Shown here piece by piece: positions 63,386 to 64,000 of a stretch of DNA of 64,000 nucleotides. Positions within the stretch are counted from its first letter, which is position 1; each line of letters opens with the position of its first letter. The stretch comes from Mobula hypostoma. Lineage: Eukaryota. The stretch is from the NCBI RefSeq assembly GCF_963921235.1, contig NC_086097.1, positions 372,001 through 436,000 of the forward strand, given 5' to 3'. A program made the position numbers and the translations under genes. The notes beneath the pieces are model-generated. The model was not told the DNA's origin. It saw only the letters and a program-made list of their open reading frames with translations, and did no database searches.

Positions 63386-64000
63386 TTCATTTACAAGATG
63401 TGGTGTCGCCAGCTAAGCCCACGTTTTTTAGCCCATCCCTAGTTGCCCTTGAGAAGGTGGTGATGAACTGCCTTCTTGAACCGCTGCAGTCCCCGAGGTG
63501 TAGGTACACCCACAGTGCTCTTAGGGAGGGAATTCGATGATTTTGACCCGGCGACAATGAAGGACGGTGATATGTTTCCAAGTCAGATGGTGGGTGACTT
63601 GGAGGGAGATTTCCAAGTGGTGGTATTCCCAGGTATCTGCTGTTCTCGTCCTTCTAGATGGTAGTGGCTGTGGGTCTGGAAGCTGCTGCCTTAGGAACTT
63701 TGGTATGTTGTTGCAGTGCATCTTATAGATAGTACACACTGCTGCAACTGTTTGTCGATGGTGGGGGGATTGGATGCTTATGAAAGGGGTACCAATCAAG
63801 TGGGCTGCCTTGTACTGGATGGTGTCAAGCTTCTTGATTGTTGATGGAGCTGCACTCATCCAGATGAGTGGCGAGAATTCCATTACACTCCTGATCTGAG
63901 CCTTCTAGATGGTGGACAAGCTTTGGGGAGTCAGGAGGTGAGTTATACGCCACAAGATTCCTAGCTTTTGATCTGCTCTGGTAGCCGGTGTTTATATGGC
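63386..64000 (-). mobile_element. 3' end of a distinct CR1/L2-group LINE family, running off the window
   Basis: ORF 63521-63883 (MEFSPLIW...LDTIQYKAAHLI...IYKMH) is an RT C-terminus unlike the other families here. Confidence 0.7.

Overview
This is eukaryotic vertebrate DNA, most likely a cartilaginous fish (inferred from HE1/V-SINE-like and HER1/CR1-like repeats plus Neptune-type Penelope elements). There are no prokaryotic operons, CRISPR arrays, rRNA or tRNA genes. The only host gene is POMT2 (protein O-mannosyltransferase 2) on the + strand. Nine internal GT-AG exons (770 coding nt, about 1.2% of the window) encode the MIR domains and the start of the C-terminal region; the gene begins before and continues after the window. 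Its introns (82 bp to 17.7 kb) are almost entirely nested mobile DNA: many CR1 LINEs (some with SGNH-esterase ORF1), a full-length L1 with a 15-bp TSD, Rex1/Babar-like LINEs (one apparently full length), a HERO/R2-group REL-endonuclease fragment, nested hAT MITEs, a solo LTR, V-SINEs and Penelope-like elements. The most notable structure is a 3.7-kb Neptune-type Penelope element (25076-28760) with about 925-bp inverted terminal arms, each carrying a minimal hammerhead ribozyme motif. It sits inside the L1, which sits inside a full-length CR1, and one intact-core ribozyme lies sense to the POMT2 pre-mRNA. Exon, TSD and ribozyme coordinates were read base by base; outer edges of old repeats are approximate. 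Family names come from motif recognition, not from database searches.
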